Below the pieces are notes generated by a model. That model saw only the letters and a program-made list of their open reading frames with translations, was not told where the DNA came from and did no database searches. Below, piece by piece: positions 56,042-64,000 of a stretch of DNA of 64,000 bases (position 1 is the first letter of the stretch; each line of letters begins with the position of its first letter). This DNA comes from Candidatus Omnitrophota bacterium (lineage in GTDB: Bacteria; Omnitrophota; Gorgyraeia; Pluralincolimonadales; Pluralincolimonadaceae): positions 409,476 through 473,475 of the forward strand of contig JAQUPL010000001.1 in the NCBI GenBank assembly GCA_028716565.1, given 5' to 3'. A program made the translations under genes and the position numbers.

Positions 56042-57154
56042 TCAGCGTAAGGGGTATCGCAATTGCCACTTCCCGCCCTCTTTCTTCCAGATCTCGGGAT
56101 TCCTGTGCTTATCCACTATCTCATGGAAATCTTTTTCTGTAAGATCCAGGTATTCCAGCATATCCTTGAAATAATACGCCGGGAATTCATCGTCGTATTT
56201 TTTTGCCAATTCCAGGCCCTGCTCCCTGGTGAGCTGCTTATTCTGGATCATCCTGCTGGCATCCCTCACCGCCCTGCCGAAACCGAACTTTATGAACTGC
56301 ATGTAATAGTAAAGGTTGTCGGACTTGTCATCGAGGCTGTCGAAATCGGTGTAGGTCCCTTCCGACCTTCCGGTGGGGCATGTCTTGAAGTCGAATTTTT
56401 CCTTTATGTACAGGAAGTTCTCGTAACTGCTCCATTTGAAGAAATAACCGAAGTAAAGCGCCTTTACTCCCACCTTCCTGACTTCCTCCAGGCCGGGATA
56501 GAGGTAAGGATTGAGGTCCTTCGCCGTGATTTTGTCGTCTACCCAGTTCCTGGGATCGTCGCCTATCTGGTGCTCTATGACCTCGGTAAAGTCCCGCAGT
56601 TTCTTCGACTCCTCTTTCAGGACCTTCCCCCCGTATTCGCTCTCCCCGTGTTCGGCGTAAAAGACCAGCGGCACCTTGTAATTCACCGCGGCCTGGACGG
56701 GTATCGTATTGACGCCGGCGTCCCATGCTACCTTATGGTTGCCGCGTTCTATAAAGAACCTGCGCGACAGCCGACGGTGTATGCGCTGGTTGGGGCGGAA
56801 GAAAAGATGGTCGAAACCAAGTTGGACCATCATCTCGCGGTTGTAGTTTCCCACATCAGTAGGCAGCTGCGGGGAGAATGTCGTCATGAGCGGGTTCATC
56901 CCGAACTCATATTTCAACTTGTATGCCACGGCGCTGCTGTCCTTTCCGCCGCTCCACGGTACGATACAGTCCCATGACCCGTTTTCGGACCGATATTGCC
57001 CCAGGAGGTCGAGGAATTCCTTTTTTCTGGCCTGCCAATCTATGCCTTCCCATTTATTCTCGGCATTCCTGCACGCGTTGCAAATACCTTCCTTGTCAAA
57101 AGATATCCTCGGCCTGGTGGAAGGCATGAGGCACCGTTTACAATAAATGACCAT
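56042..57154 (-). CDS. N-acetyl sugar amidotransferase (WbpG/WbuX family), second copy
   Basis: CKRC...CNAC zinc ribbon and CIVPWSGGKDSS PP-loop. Confidence 0.7.
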   Translation of the reverse strand: MVIYCKRCLMPSTRPRISFDKEGICNACRNAENKWEGIDWQARKKEFLDLLGQYRSENGSWDCIVPWSGGKDSSAVAYKLKYEFGMNPLMTTFSPQLPTDVGNYNREMMVQLGFDHLFFRPNQRIHRRLSRRFFIERGNHKVAWDAGVNTIPVQAAVNYKVPLVFYAEHGESEYGGKVLKEESKKLRDFTEVIEHQIGDDPRNWVDDKITAKDLNPYLYPGLEEVRKVGVKALYFGYFFKWSSYENFLYIKEKFDFKTCPTGRSEGTYTDFDSLDDKSDNLYYYMQFIKFGFGRAVRDASRMIQNKQLTREQGLELAKKYDDEFPAYYFKDMLEYLDLTEKDFHEIVDKHRNPEIWKKEGGKWQLRYPLR

Positions 57155-57171
57155 TTTAAATCCTCTCCCGT

Positions 57172-57945
57172 TTATGTCCTGACATCGATACCCGAGTCCT
57201 TCAGGAAATTTTTCGCGCTCTTTATGCTCGTTTCCGTAAAATGGTATATATTCGTGGTGCAGACAGCCGACGCGTGGCCGTCCTTAAAGCCGTCCACAAA
57301 ATCCTGCCATTTCCCCGCGCCTCCGCATACGAGGACCGGTATCCCTACCTCATCGGCGACCATCCTGTTAAGCCCGTTATCGTATCCTTCCAAAGAACCG
57401 TCCTTATCTATGGAAGATATAAATATCTCTCCCGCGCCGAGGCCTTCGGCCCTTTTTGCCCATTCCGCCGGGTCCAGCCCGGATTTCTTCCTGCCAAAAT
57501 CCGTGAAAACTTCGTATTTACCCCGTTCGTCTTTCTTCGCGTCGATGGAGAGGACGACGCATTGCGAGCCGTACAGCTTTGCAGCCTCGCTGATGAACTC
57601 CGGCCGTTCCACCGCCGCAGTATTGATGACCACTTTATCCGCACCCAAACCAAGCAGCGTCTTAAAGTCCTCAATGCACCTTACCCCGCCTCCGGCCGCA
57701 AGAGGGACAAAGCATTTTTCGGCGAAGCGGCCCACGACATCATAAAAATTCTTCCTCTCTCCGGTGCCTGGACGGGTCACGTCCAGGACGACGATCTCAT
57801 CGACCGACCAGGAATCTACGAAATTCAGGGTATAACGGTAATCCGGGCAGAAATCTTTAGTCCGGAAAAGGACCCCGTTATTGAACGTCAGGACGGTTAT
57901 CAGCCTGTTCTTAAGCATGCCGGGCCCCGGCCAAAAAATTCTCAA
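57172..57945 (-). CDS. HisF-like imidazole glycerol phosphate synthase cyclase-subunit homolog (WbuZ/HisF2-like)
   Basis: (beta/alpha)8 HisF motifs VPLAAGGGVR, GADKVVINTAAV and VLVCGGAG. Probable start MLKNRLI at about 57918. Confidence 0.75.
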   Translation of the reverse strand: MRIFWPGPGMLKNRLITVLTFNNGVLFRTKDFCPDYRYTLNFVDSWSVDEIVVLDVTRPGTGERKNFYDVVGRFAEKCFVPLAAGGGVRCIEDFKTLLGLGADKVVINTAAVERPEFISEAAKLYGSQCVVLSIDAKKDERGKYEVFTDFGRKKSGLDPAEWAKRAEGLGAGEIFISSIDKDGSLEGYDNGLNRMVADEVGIPVLVCGGAGKWQDFVDGFKDGHASAVCTTNIYHFTETSIKSAKNFLKDSGIDVRT

Positions 57946-58528
57946 GCATCTTTAACCCGTGGAGCTGGCTCTTCTCCGGATGGAATTGTGTCGCGTATAT
58001 GTTTCCGCGGTTAAGTACGGCGGCGAACCGGTTTCCATATTCGCATTCTCCGATGACATCATCCGGATTGGCGCACCGGATATGATAACTGTGCACATAA
58101 TAAAAAAGTGCGTCCTGCGGGATCCCGTCGAAAAGCATGTTCGCCTTCCGCTGGATAAGGCCGTTCCACCCGACATGGGGGATCCGGACGCCCGGCGCAT
58201 CTATCTTTACCACCGACGCATCGATCCATCCGAGGCCTTTATGGTGGCCGAATTCAAAACTCTCTTTTGCCATCAGTTGCGACCCCAGGCATATACCAAG
58301 GACGGGTTTATGTTCCCTAAGGACCATCCTGTCAAGCGCATCTGCGAGCCCCAACCGGCGCAGGTTCCCGATGCCGTCCCCGAACGCGCCGACTCCGGGT
58401 ATTATGATCTTTTCGCACTTTTCCAGCCCGGCGGGATCGGCGGTGATAAGAGGCTCATAATTCAGTTTCCTGACCGCGCCTGCGACCGAACGGAGGTTGC
58501 CCAGGCCGTAATCGACGATGGCTATCAT
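57911..58528 (-). CDS. HisH-like class I glutamine amidotransferase (WbuY/HisH2-like)
   Basis: MIAIVDYGLGNLRSV N-terminus and catalytic GICLGSQLM. Start at 58528 forms an ATGA overlap with the upstream stop. Confidence 0.75.
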   Translation of the reverse strand: MIAIVDYGLGNLRSVAGAVRKLNYEPLITADPAGLEKCEKIIIPGVGAFGDGIGNLRRLGLADALDRMVLREHKPVLGICLGSQLMAKESFEFGHHKGLGWIDASVVKIDAPGVRIPHVGWNGLIQRKANMLFDGIPQDALFYYVHSYHIRCANPDDVIGECEYGNRFAAVLNRGNIYATQFHPEKSQLHGLKMLENFLAGARHA

Positions 58529-60213
58529 CGGGGACCTGCCGGAGGCACGGTCTCGACATTGAAGACCTTGACCCATTCGTTGAAGACATGCTTCCTGTAT
58601 TCGCTCCTGTCATACTTGCCGTTCTTTCCCCATCCGAACCAGCGGTTCACCGGCGCGCTGAAACCCCTTTTATCGACACGCGCTGCTATTTCGGCCGGGA
58701 TGAACTTCTTCGCTACCCTCTTCAGTATCCATTTGGTGACACCATCCTTGATCTTATACTTGGACGGCATGCTGAATGCGAACTGGATAAGCCGGTAGTC
58801 CAAAAACGGCGCGCGGTTCTCGACATGAAAAGCCATGTTGATCCTGTCGGCGAACTGCAGGAGCTCTTGCATGCTCGTATAGAAATCCGCGAGCCCCATG
58901 GCGTGGATATGGTCGTTATTTATCCTCCCGAAGAAATCCCCTATCGTCTCCTCAAGGTACTTCACGACTTCCTGGTTATATTTGTTCTCACAGCGGTTCA
59001 CGATCCTGGCGTACCTCTCCACCGTGGAACCGTAATAACGGTCTATGAGGTAAGAATACTGTCTGAGGGCCTCCAGCTGCTTTATGCTCTCATCGTGGTT
59101 CAAAAGGTGGTAGCGGTGATACCCGGAAAATATCTCATCCGCCCCGTCCCCGGAAAGGACGACCTTTATATCCCTGCTGGCGCGCTCAAGGAGCATCCAG
59201 AGGCTGAAGCTGGTCCAGGTGCACGGCGTATCAAGATGGTATACGATCTTTCGGTTCGTTCGGCGGAAATCCTCCTGCGTGGGCCTGACCACCACCAGCC
59301 TCTTCTTGATCTTTTTCGCGACAAGCTGGGCATAATGCAATTCGTCATAGTCCTTGGCTATGGGATAATGGCACGTGTAGATGTAATCCGGCTTGGCAAT
59401 GCAGGCGATCAGCGCGCTGTCCACGCCGCCGCTCACGAATGTCCCGAAACGGTGCACGCAATTCTTCGTCCTCAAAAGTATGGAATCGACAAGAAGGTCT
59501 GTCAACCGCGACTCTATCTTCTTAAGGTCATCCGGCATCTCCGTCAGGTTGTCCCATATCTTCCAATATGAGTGTTTCGTCACGTTAAGCGCCCTGTCGA
59601 TCTTCAGGTAGTCGCCAGGCATCAAGCAGTAGATGTCTTTGAACAGGGTCTTCTCGCCGGTGTTGAACTCGAACGCCTCATACGAAAGGCACTCGCGGTT
59701 GTAGATGGGCTTCACCAGTTTAAGCAGCGCTTTGATCTCGCTCGCAAAAGCGAAAAAATCACCGCTGCGTACATAATACAACGGTTTTTCTCCCGCCCTG
59801 TCCCGGACGATATACATCTCTTTATCCCGGCCGTCATAGATAGCGAACGCATACATACCGTTATAATCACGGAACGAAGAAGTTTTTTGTTTCAGGTAAT
59901 GGCAAAGCACAGTCTCCGCATCCGATTGGGTCTTGAACTCATACTCTCCGCGGTATGAACGCCGTATATCTTCGTGGTTATAGATCTCGCCGTTATATAC
60001 GATGACAGCCGAGCCGTCCGGCGCCTCATAGGGTATATCGTGCCTTTCCTTGTCGATGATGCTCAGCCTCACCATCCCCAGCGCCAGGCCCTTACGGGAA
60101 TAGATCCCGGACTGGTCCGGGCCGCGGTGGCTGATCTCCTTCAGCATATCATGCACGATCTGCCGCGGGTCATGTTCGGGGTTGTTCGATATGTAGCCGG
60201 CTATTCCGCACAT
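58525..60213 (-). CDS. asparagine synthase (glutamine-hydrolysing) family amidotransferase, second copy
   Basis: MCGIAGY nucleophile Cys and SGGVDSA PP-loop. Confidence 0.8.
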   Translation of the reverse strand: MCGIAGYISNNPEHDPRQIVHDMLKEISHRGPDQSGIYSRKGLALGMVRLSIIDKERHDIPYEAPDGSAVIVYNGEIYNHEDIRRSYRGEYEFKTQSDAETVLCHYLKQKTSSFRDYNGMYAFAIYDGRDKEMYIVRDRAGEKPLYYVRSGDFFAFASEIKALLKLVKPIYNRECLSYEAFEFNTGEKTLFKDIYCLMPGDYLKIDRALNVTKHSYWKIWDNLTEMPDDLKKIESRLTDLLVDSILLRTKNCVHRFGTFVSGGVDSALIACIAKPDYIYTCHYPIAKDYDELHYAQLVAKKIKKRLVVVRPTQEDFRRTNRKIVYHLDTPCTWTSFSLWMLLERASRDIKVVLSGDGADEIFSGYHRYHLLNHDESIKQLEALRQYSYLIDRYYGSTVERYARIVNRCENKYNQEVVKYLEETIGDFFGRINNDHIHAMGLADFYTSMQELLQFADRINMAFHVENRAPFLDYRLIQFAFSMPSKYKIKDGVTKWILKRVAKKFIPAEIAARVDKRGFSAPVNRWFGWGKNGKYDRSEYRKHVFNEWVKVFNVETVPPAGPR

Positions 60214-60216
60214 AGT

Positions 60217-61566
60217 CTATTTTGAAAGGTCCAGCGACCCGTCTCCCACCTGGTGGTAACGTATGGGATCCCCAAAACGGAGGTGTTCCCATATCCCGTA
60301 ATTATCGATGATCAGCTTCACTTTCTTTTTGGCATTCCTCACCTTTTGCGGGGCTATGCATTTGTACTGGTTGTGGTCGGAGGCGACCACCACGACATCC
60401 GCGGAGAATACCTTGGACGGGAACGATCTCACCGTGACGCCTTTTATGTACCTGCGTATCTCATCCCCGGTGCAGTACGGGTCGCATATGGAGACCTTCA
60501 ACCCGTTTTTTATGAGATAGTCCGCCAACGTAACCGATGGGGAAAGGGTCAGGTCTTTCTGGTTGCCTTTATAAGTTATGCCCAGTATCTCCACGCTCTT
60601 ATAACCGTGCCGGATGATATAGTCCGCATAACTGAGCACTGACGAAATGCCTATATCCTGGAACTCCTTAAGCAGGGTAAGGTTCCCCGGCTTGTCGCTG
60701 CCTTCTATGAGATAGTCTGTCGAGAACGTCATCTTTTCCCCGCCGGTGCCGATGTTCAATTCGCAATCGGCGAGCGAGATATTGCCGAAAAGGGCTTTCG
60801 ACATCTTCTTCATATTCACGAACGGATACCCCATCGCGAGCTGGCGCAGGAAATCTATGGCCATCGCCTGGATGACGTTCATGGAATTTGCGTAGATCTC
60901 GGCATCTTTTATGCTGTCGAGCATTATTACGGGCAGGCCGAGATGTTCAAGGAGCCTGCGTATCGCCTCCGAACCCTTCGGGCAGCACCCCGCAACGGGC
61001 ATCTTGTCCTTTTTACCGATAAATGCCTCCACGCTCCAGTCTGTCCGGAAAAAGACCCCCACATGATAATCCTTTGATACAGTTATCCTCTCCTTACGGA
61101 GCTTGTCTATGAAGTTCTTCTGGATGTTCCCGGGGATGAAAGCCGATTCGAATATCACCAGGGGGACCGTACCGCTCTTTTTTATATTGCGGGCGAAGAT
61201 CACCGCCATCCTGGACGCAATGGTGTCCTTCCCCGTGTTCTTGCGGCTCTCCGGCATCGCGATGATATGCAGGCGGGAATCTTTGAACATCTCCTCCGCG
61301 CTCTTCGCCACCTGGATGGACGGATAATCCAGTTTCGGCAGGAACCCGTTAAGCGACCAGGTCGCCTTTTGGTTGTTGTCGGGATACCTGCCCCCCGTGA
61401 AGGCCTTAAGCTGCCCGGCATTCAGGTCATAGACCTTGACCTTGAACCCGCTCGTCTGCAGCTTGAATATCGTGGTGTATCCCAGATAGCCAAGGCCCCA
61501 GACGGAAACCGTCTTGTTCTTCATGATATTTTCGAATATCATCTTACCCTCCGCTCTTAAGGACAT
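60217..61566 (-). CDS. UDP-glucose/GDP-mannose dehydrogenase-family homolog, divergent in catalytic region
   Basis: VWGLGYLGYTT NAD motif and C-terminal ILGITYKGNQKDLTLSP UDP-binding motif. The expected GGHCxPxD region reads GTGGEKMTFSTD. Probable start MIFENIM at about 61542. Confidence 0.55.
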   Translation of the reverse strand: MSLRAEGKMIFENIMKNKTVSVWGLGYLGYTTIFKLQTSGFKVKVYDLNAGQLKAFTGGRYPDNNQKATWSLNGFLPKLDYPSIQVAKSAEEMFKDSRLHIIAMPESRKNTGKDTIASRMAVIFARNIKKSGTVPLVIFESAFIPGNIQKNFIDKLRKERITVSKDYHVGVFFRTDWSVEAFIGKKDKMPVAGCCPKGSEAIRRLLEHLGLPVIMLDSIKDAEIYANSMNVIQAMAIDFLRQLAMGYPFVNMKKMSKALFGNISLADCELNIGTGGEKMTFSTDYLIEGSDKPGNLTLLKEFQDIGISSVLSYADYIIRHGYKSVEILGITYKGNQKDLTLSPSVTLADYLIKNGLKVSICDPYCTGDEIRRYIKGVTVRSFPSKVFSADVVVVASDHNQYKCIAPQKVRNAKKKVKLIIDNYGIWEHLRFGDPIRYHQVGDGSLDLSK

Positions 61567-62755
61567 CGTTAATGGTCTCGATCACGTAATCAACGTCCGG
61601 ATCAGACATTCCGGGATACATAGGTATGGATACTATCTCCTCGTAAGCGCGGTCCGCCGCGGGAAAGTCCGAATGGATGAGATCCTTATAGAAAGGATGC
61701 TTATGCAGCGGGATAAAATGCACGCTCGTGCCGATATTGCGCGCCCTGAGCTGCTTAATGAATTCGTCCCTGGGGATGATATCCTTGCCGATGCGCATGG
61801 TAAAGAGGTGGTAAATGTGGTAGTGTTCCGGCTTGTCCTCGGAAAAACGGGCGCGCGGATCAAGGCCGGCCCGGTAGAGCGATGCGATGCGCCTCCGCCT
61901 CTCGTTCATCCGGTCCAGTTTTTTAAACTGCTCAAGGCCTATGGCGGCATGGATGCTGTCCATGTTATATTTATAGCCGATCTCCTCTATCTCGTAGAAC
62001 CAATTGCCTTTTTGGGAATAACGGTTGAAGGCTTCCTTGTTGATGCCAAAATAACTTAATTTCCGCATCTTCTCTATCATTTTCTTGTCCCGGGAAACCG
62101 CCATGCCCCCTTCGCCGCATGCCAGGTTCTTGGTAGCGTAGAAACTGAAGACGGAGACATCCCCGAAGCTGCCGATCTTCCTGCCTTTATATTGCGTGCC
62201 GATGGCGTGCGCGGCATCCTCTATGACCGTCAGGCCATGCTCTTTGGCCGCGGAAAGTATCGCATCCATCTCGCACGGATAGCCCGCAAAATGGACCGGC
62301 ATGATTGCCTTGGTCCGCGGATTGATAAGGGACTTCATCTTTTCGACGTCGATATTAAGGGATGACTCATAGACATCGCATAATACGGGTGTTGCTCCGG
62401 TCCATAAGACCACGTGGCCCGTAGCGGCAAATGTCCATGTCGGGACTATCACCTCATCCCCTTTACCGATACCGCAGGCCAATAAGGCCAGGTAGAGGCC
62501 CGCCGTGCAGGAATTCAGGGCTACGGCATTGGCCTGGCCTCCGAGATATCCCGTCACGGCATTTTCAAATTCCGTCACACGCGGCCCGGTAGTCAAATAC
62601 CCGCTCCGGATGACTTCGGCCACCGCCTCGATCTCTTCGGTCCCCATAAACGGCTTTGCCAGCGGCAAAAATTCATTACGCATTTTGTACGGTCTCCCCT
62701 GTTCCCTGGTTGCCGATCTCCGGATACCAGGAATCGCATCCTTTACACACTTCAT
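61544..62755 (-). CDS. DegT/DnrJ/EryC1/StrS-family PLP-dependent sugar aminotransferase, second copy
   Basis: DAAHAIGT...VFSFYATKNLACGEGG. Probable start MRNEFLPLAKP at about 62683. Confidence 0.8.
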   Translation of the reverse strand: MKCVKDAIPGIRRSATREQGRPYKMRNEFLPLAKPFMGTEEIEAVAEVIRSGYLTTGPRVTEFENAVTGYLGGQANAVALNSCTAGLYLALLACGIGKGDEVIVPTWTFAATGHVVLWTGATPVLCDVYESSLNIDVEKMKSLINPRTKAIMPVHFAGYPCEMDAILSAAKEHGLTVIEDAAHAIGTQYKGRKIGSFGDVSVFSFYATKNLACGEGGMAVSRDKKMIEKMRKLSYFGINKEAFNRYSQKGNWFYEIEEIGYKYNMDSIHAAIGLEQFKKLDRMNERRRRIASLYRAGLDPRARFSEDKPEHYHIYHLFTMRIGKDIIPRDEFIKQLRARNIGTSVHFIPLHKHPFYKDLIHSDFPAADRAYEEIVSIPMYPGMSDPDVDYVIETINDVLKSGG

Positions 62756-63542
62756 CGATCAATTCCATCGTTTCGTGCTGCCTCCGCAGGTCCTTATAAG
62801 ACCGGCAATTCCATATCGCTTTGATGGGCGAGGTATTGGCGTCCCCCAGCGGCGAACTGTTCCAATCGTGGTTGCATCTTCCCACTTTACCGTCAAAAAA
62901 TATAAGCATCTCATAGAACGGCATCACGCACCCCACACGCCCGCTCCTCTTCACGCCAAGGGAGCCGAACGTGCCGTTACGGGAATGTTCCTCATATATA
63001 CGTATGCGGTCTACCTTGCCATTCCATATGTTTTTGAAGATCTCCGCGTTCCGGGGCGGCGTCTCCGGTGTTTTTACCATTGAGACCTGGGTTTTAACGC
63101 GGCCTTTATTCATTTTTAAGAACTGCAGTATTGCGGCCTCGACCTTGTCGTATTTCGCCGGCGCGCGCGTCTTGTTGTATACTTCCGGGATATCGAGGCT
63201 GAATGAGATAAAATTTATCGCCTCGATGACCGCCTTTGACTTCGGCCCGTCTAAGAGCGTCGCGTTGGTCGCCATCTGGACTTCCTTGAATTTACCCTTC
63301 ACATACCCGCATATCTCGATGAAATCCGGGTGCAACAAGCTCTCCCCGCGCCTGTGGAGCACGAGGATCGTATCCGGATACGCTGATATCTCATCGATCA
63401 GCCTTTTAAAGAATGAGAGGTCCATGAAACCGCGGAGGTCGTCCACGTACCTGCGCGGGCAATAGGAGCAGCGCAGGTTGCACGAAGCCGCCAACTCGAT
63501 CTCTATCCTCCGGGGGAAATCCCCCGCATCATATTTCTTCAT
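62676..63542 (-). CDS. radical SAM protein with C-terminal Cys-rich SPASM/twitch-like extension
   Basis: ASCNLRCSYC (CxxxCxxC) and additional Cys clusters CVMPF...RCNHDW and CKGCDSW. Confidence 0.65.
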   Translation of the reverse strand: MKKYDAGDFPRRIEIELAASCNLRCSYCPRRYVDDLRGFMDLSFFKRLIDEISAYPDTILVLHRRGESLLHPDFIEICGYVKGKFKEVQMATNATLLDGPKSKAVIEAINFISFSLDIPEVYNKTRAPAKYDKVEAAILQFLKMNKGRVKTQVSMVKTPETPPRNAEIFKNIWNGKVDRIRIYEEHSRNGTFGSLGVKRSGRVGCVMPFYEMLIFFDGKVGRCNHDWNSSPLGDANTSPIKAIWNCRSYKDLRRQHETMELIDEVCKGCDSWYPEIGNQGTGETVQNA

Positions 63543-64000
63543 GCCATAAGCCCGATCGTTTTGTTCCTTACGGTTTCCAGCACCTCTTTTGAAGTGAAGG
63601 CGAGCGGGTCGACCAATTCGCTCACGATAGCGTTAGCCCTTTTCAGGTCGCCGGGTTGGTCGATAGTCAACCTTATCCCATGCAAAAATTCCGGGTTGAG
63701 CCCGGCGTCGATGAATTTTGCCGAAAATTCCTGCGGATGCGACGTTATGTATTTTGTCACGTGCTCCAGGTCTTCTTTTTCCCTGGTCCTCATCGCCGCC
63801 TTCTCCAGGGCTTCCGCGGTTACCGCCTCCGAATAGAAACCGGACGCGCATGTGCTGCGCTCCAATGAAGCATAATCCAGTTTTTCTGCGATGAGCGCCT
63901 TCAGCAGCGTATTGACTAAAGCGGTATCCACGAAAGGGGTATCCGCGCACACGCGGACGACGTATCCGGCGTTCACCGATCCGGCTGCCCGTATGTACCT
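63539..64000 (-). CDS. CTP_transf_3 cytidylyltransferase-like, C-terminal part only (N-terminus beyond window)
   Basis: RLTIDQPGDLKRANAIV resembles the conserved SpsF/NeuA C-terminal block. The reading frame stays open to the window edge. Confidence 0.4.
   Translation of the reverse strand, partial: RYIRAAGSVNAGYVVRVCADTPFVDTALVNTLLKALIAEKLDYASLERSTCASGFYSEAVTAEALEKAAMRTREKEDLEHVTKYITSHPQEFSAKFIDAGLNPEFLHGIRLTIDQPGDLKRANAIVSELVDPLAFTSKEVLETVRNKTIGLMA

Noticed and set aside
1-64000. CRISPR arrays, tRNA/rRNA genes, transposases, integrases, phage or defence systems
   Set aside because: I found no direct-repeat arrays, no cloverleaf-like or rRNA-like stretches, and no ORF with DDE transposase, recombinase, nuclease or NTPase defence motifs. 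Every sizeable ORF could be placed in a glycan-biosynthesis context.

Overview
This window is almost entirely one very large surface-glycan (LPS O-antigen, capsule or protein-glycosylation type) biosynthesis locus. About 60 genes are packed end to end, and all but one lie on the minus strand. There are no rRNA, tRNA, CRISPR or mobile elements. From 64000 down to 12478, roughly 48 minus-strand genes form a single unbroken, translationally coupled unit; no gap exceeds about 23 nt, and many junctions are ATGA or 4-nt start/stop overlaps. Recognisable modules include: (1) priming and ligation genes: a WecA/MraY-family transferase fused to a CoA-binding module, a Wzy_C O-antigen-ligase-family protein, and a partial GT9 heptosyltransferase; (2) many GT4 and GT2 glycosyltransferases, plus a DPM1-like polyprenyl-phosphate GT2 with two ArnT/PMT-like GT-C membrane proteins; (3) a pseudaminic/legionaminic-type nonulosonic acid module: DegT aminotransferase, GNATs, a PseG-like hydrolase, a NeuB/PseI-like synthase and an SpsF/PseF-like CMP-transferase, together with a Gfo/Idh/MocA oxidoreductase, an N-formyltransferase and a PIG-L deacetylase; (4) amidation and acetamidino chemistry: two WbpG-like N-acetyl-sugar amidotransferases, a HisH/HisF-like pair, two AsnB-like amidotransferases and an amidase; (5) a KdsB-like CMP-Kdo synthetase coupled to an HpcH/HpaI-family class II aldolase instead of the usual KdsA/KdsD genes; (6) an MsbA/PglK-like ABC exporter; and (7) four paralogous B12-binding (class B) radical SAM enzymes plus a fifth radical SAM/SPASM protein and five SAM methyltransferases, several with zinc-ribbon N-termini. 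Two unusual fusion proteins stand out (WecA-like plus CoA_binding module, and GT-B plus DUF218), as do three uncharacterised TagF/KpsC-like K[PF]HP proteins. A visibly AT-richer sub-region at about 6.1-13.2 kb contains the only plus-strand gene. A good sigma70-type promoter with a Shine-Dalgarno site sits in the one real intergenic gap (4915-4975). I consider the combination of radical SAM/B12 enzymes, the aldolase-KdsB pair and the extensive amidation machinery to be the most likely seat of undescribed sugar chemistry. All functional calls are motif-level inferences made by eye and have not been checked against any database.
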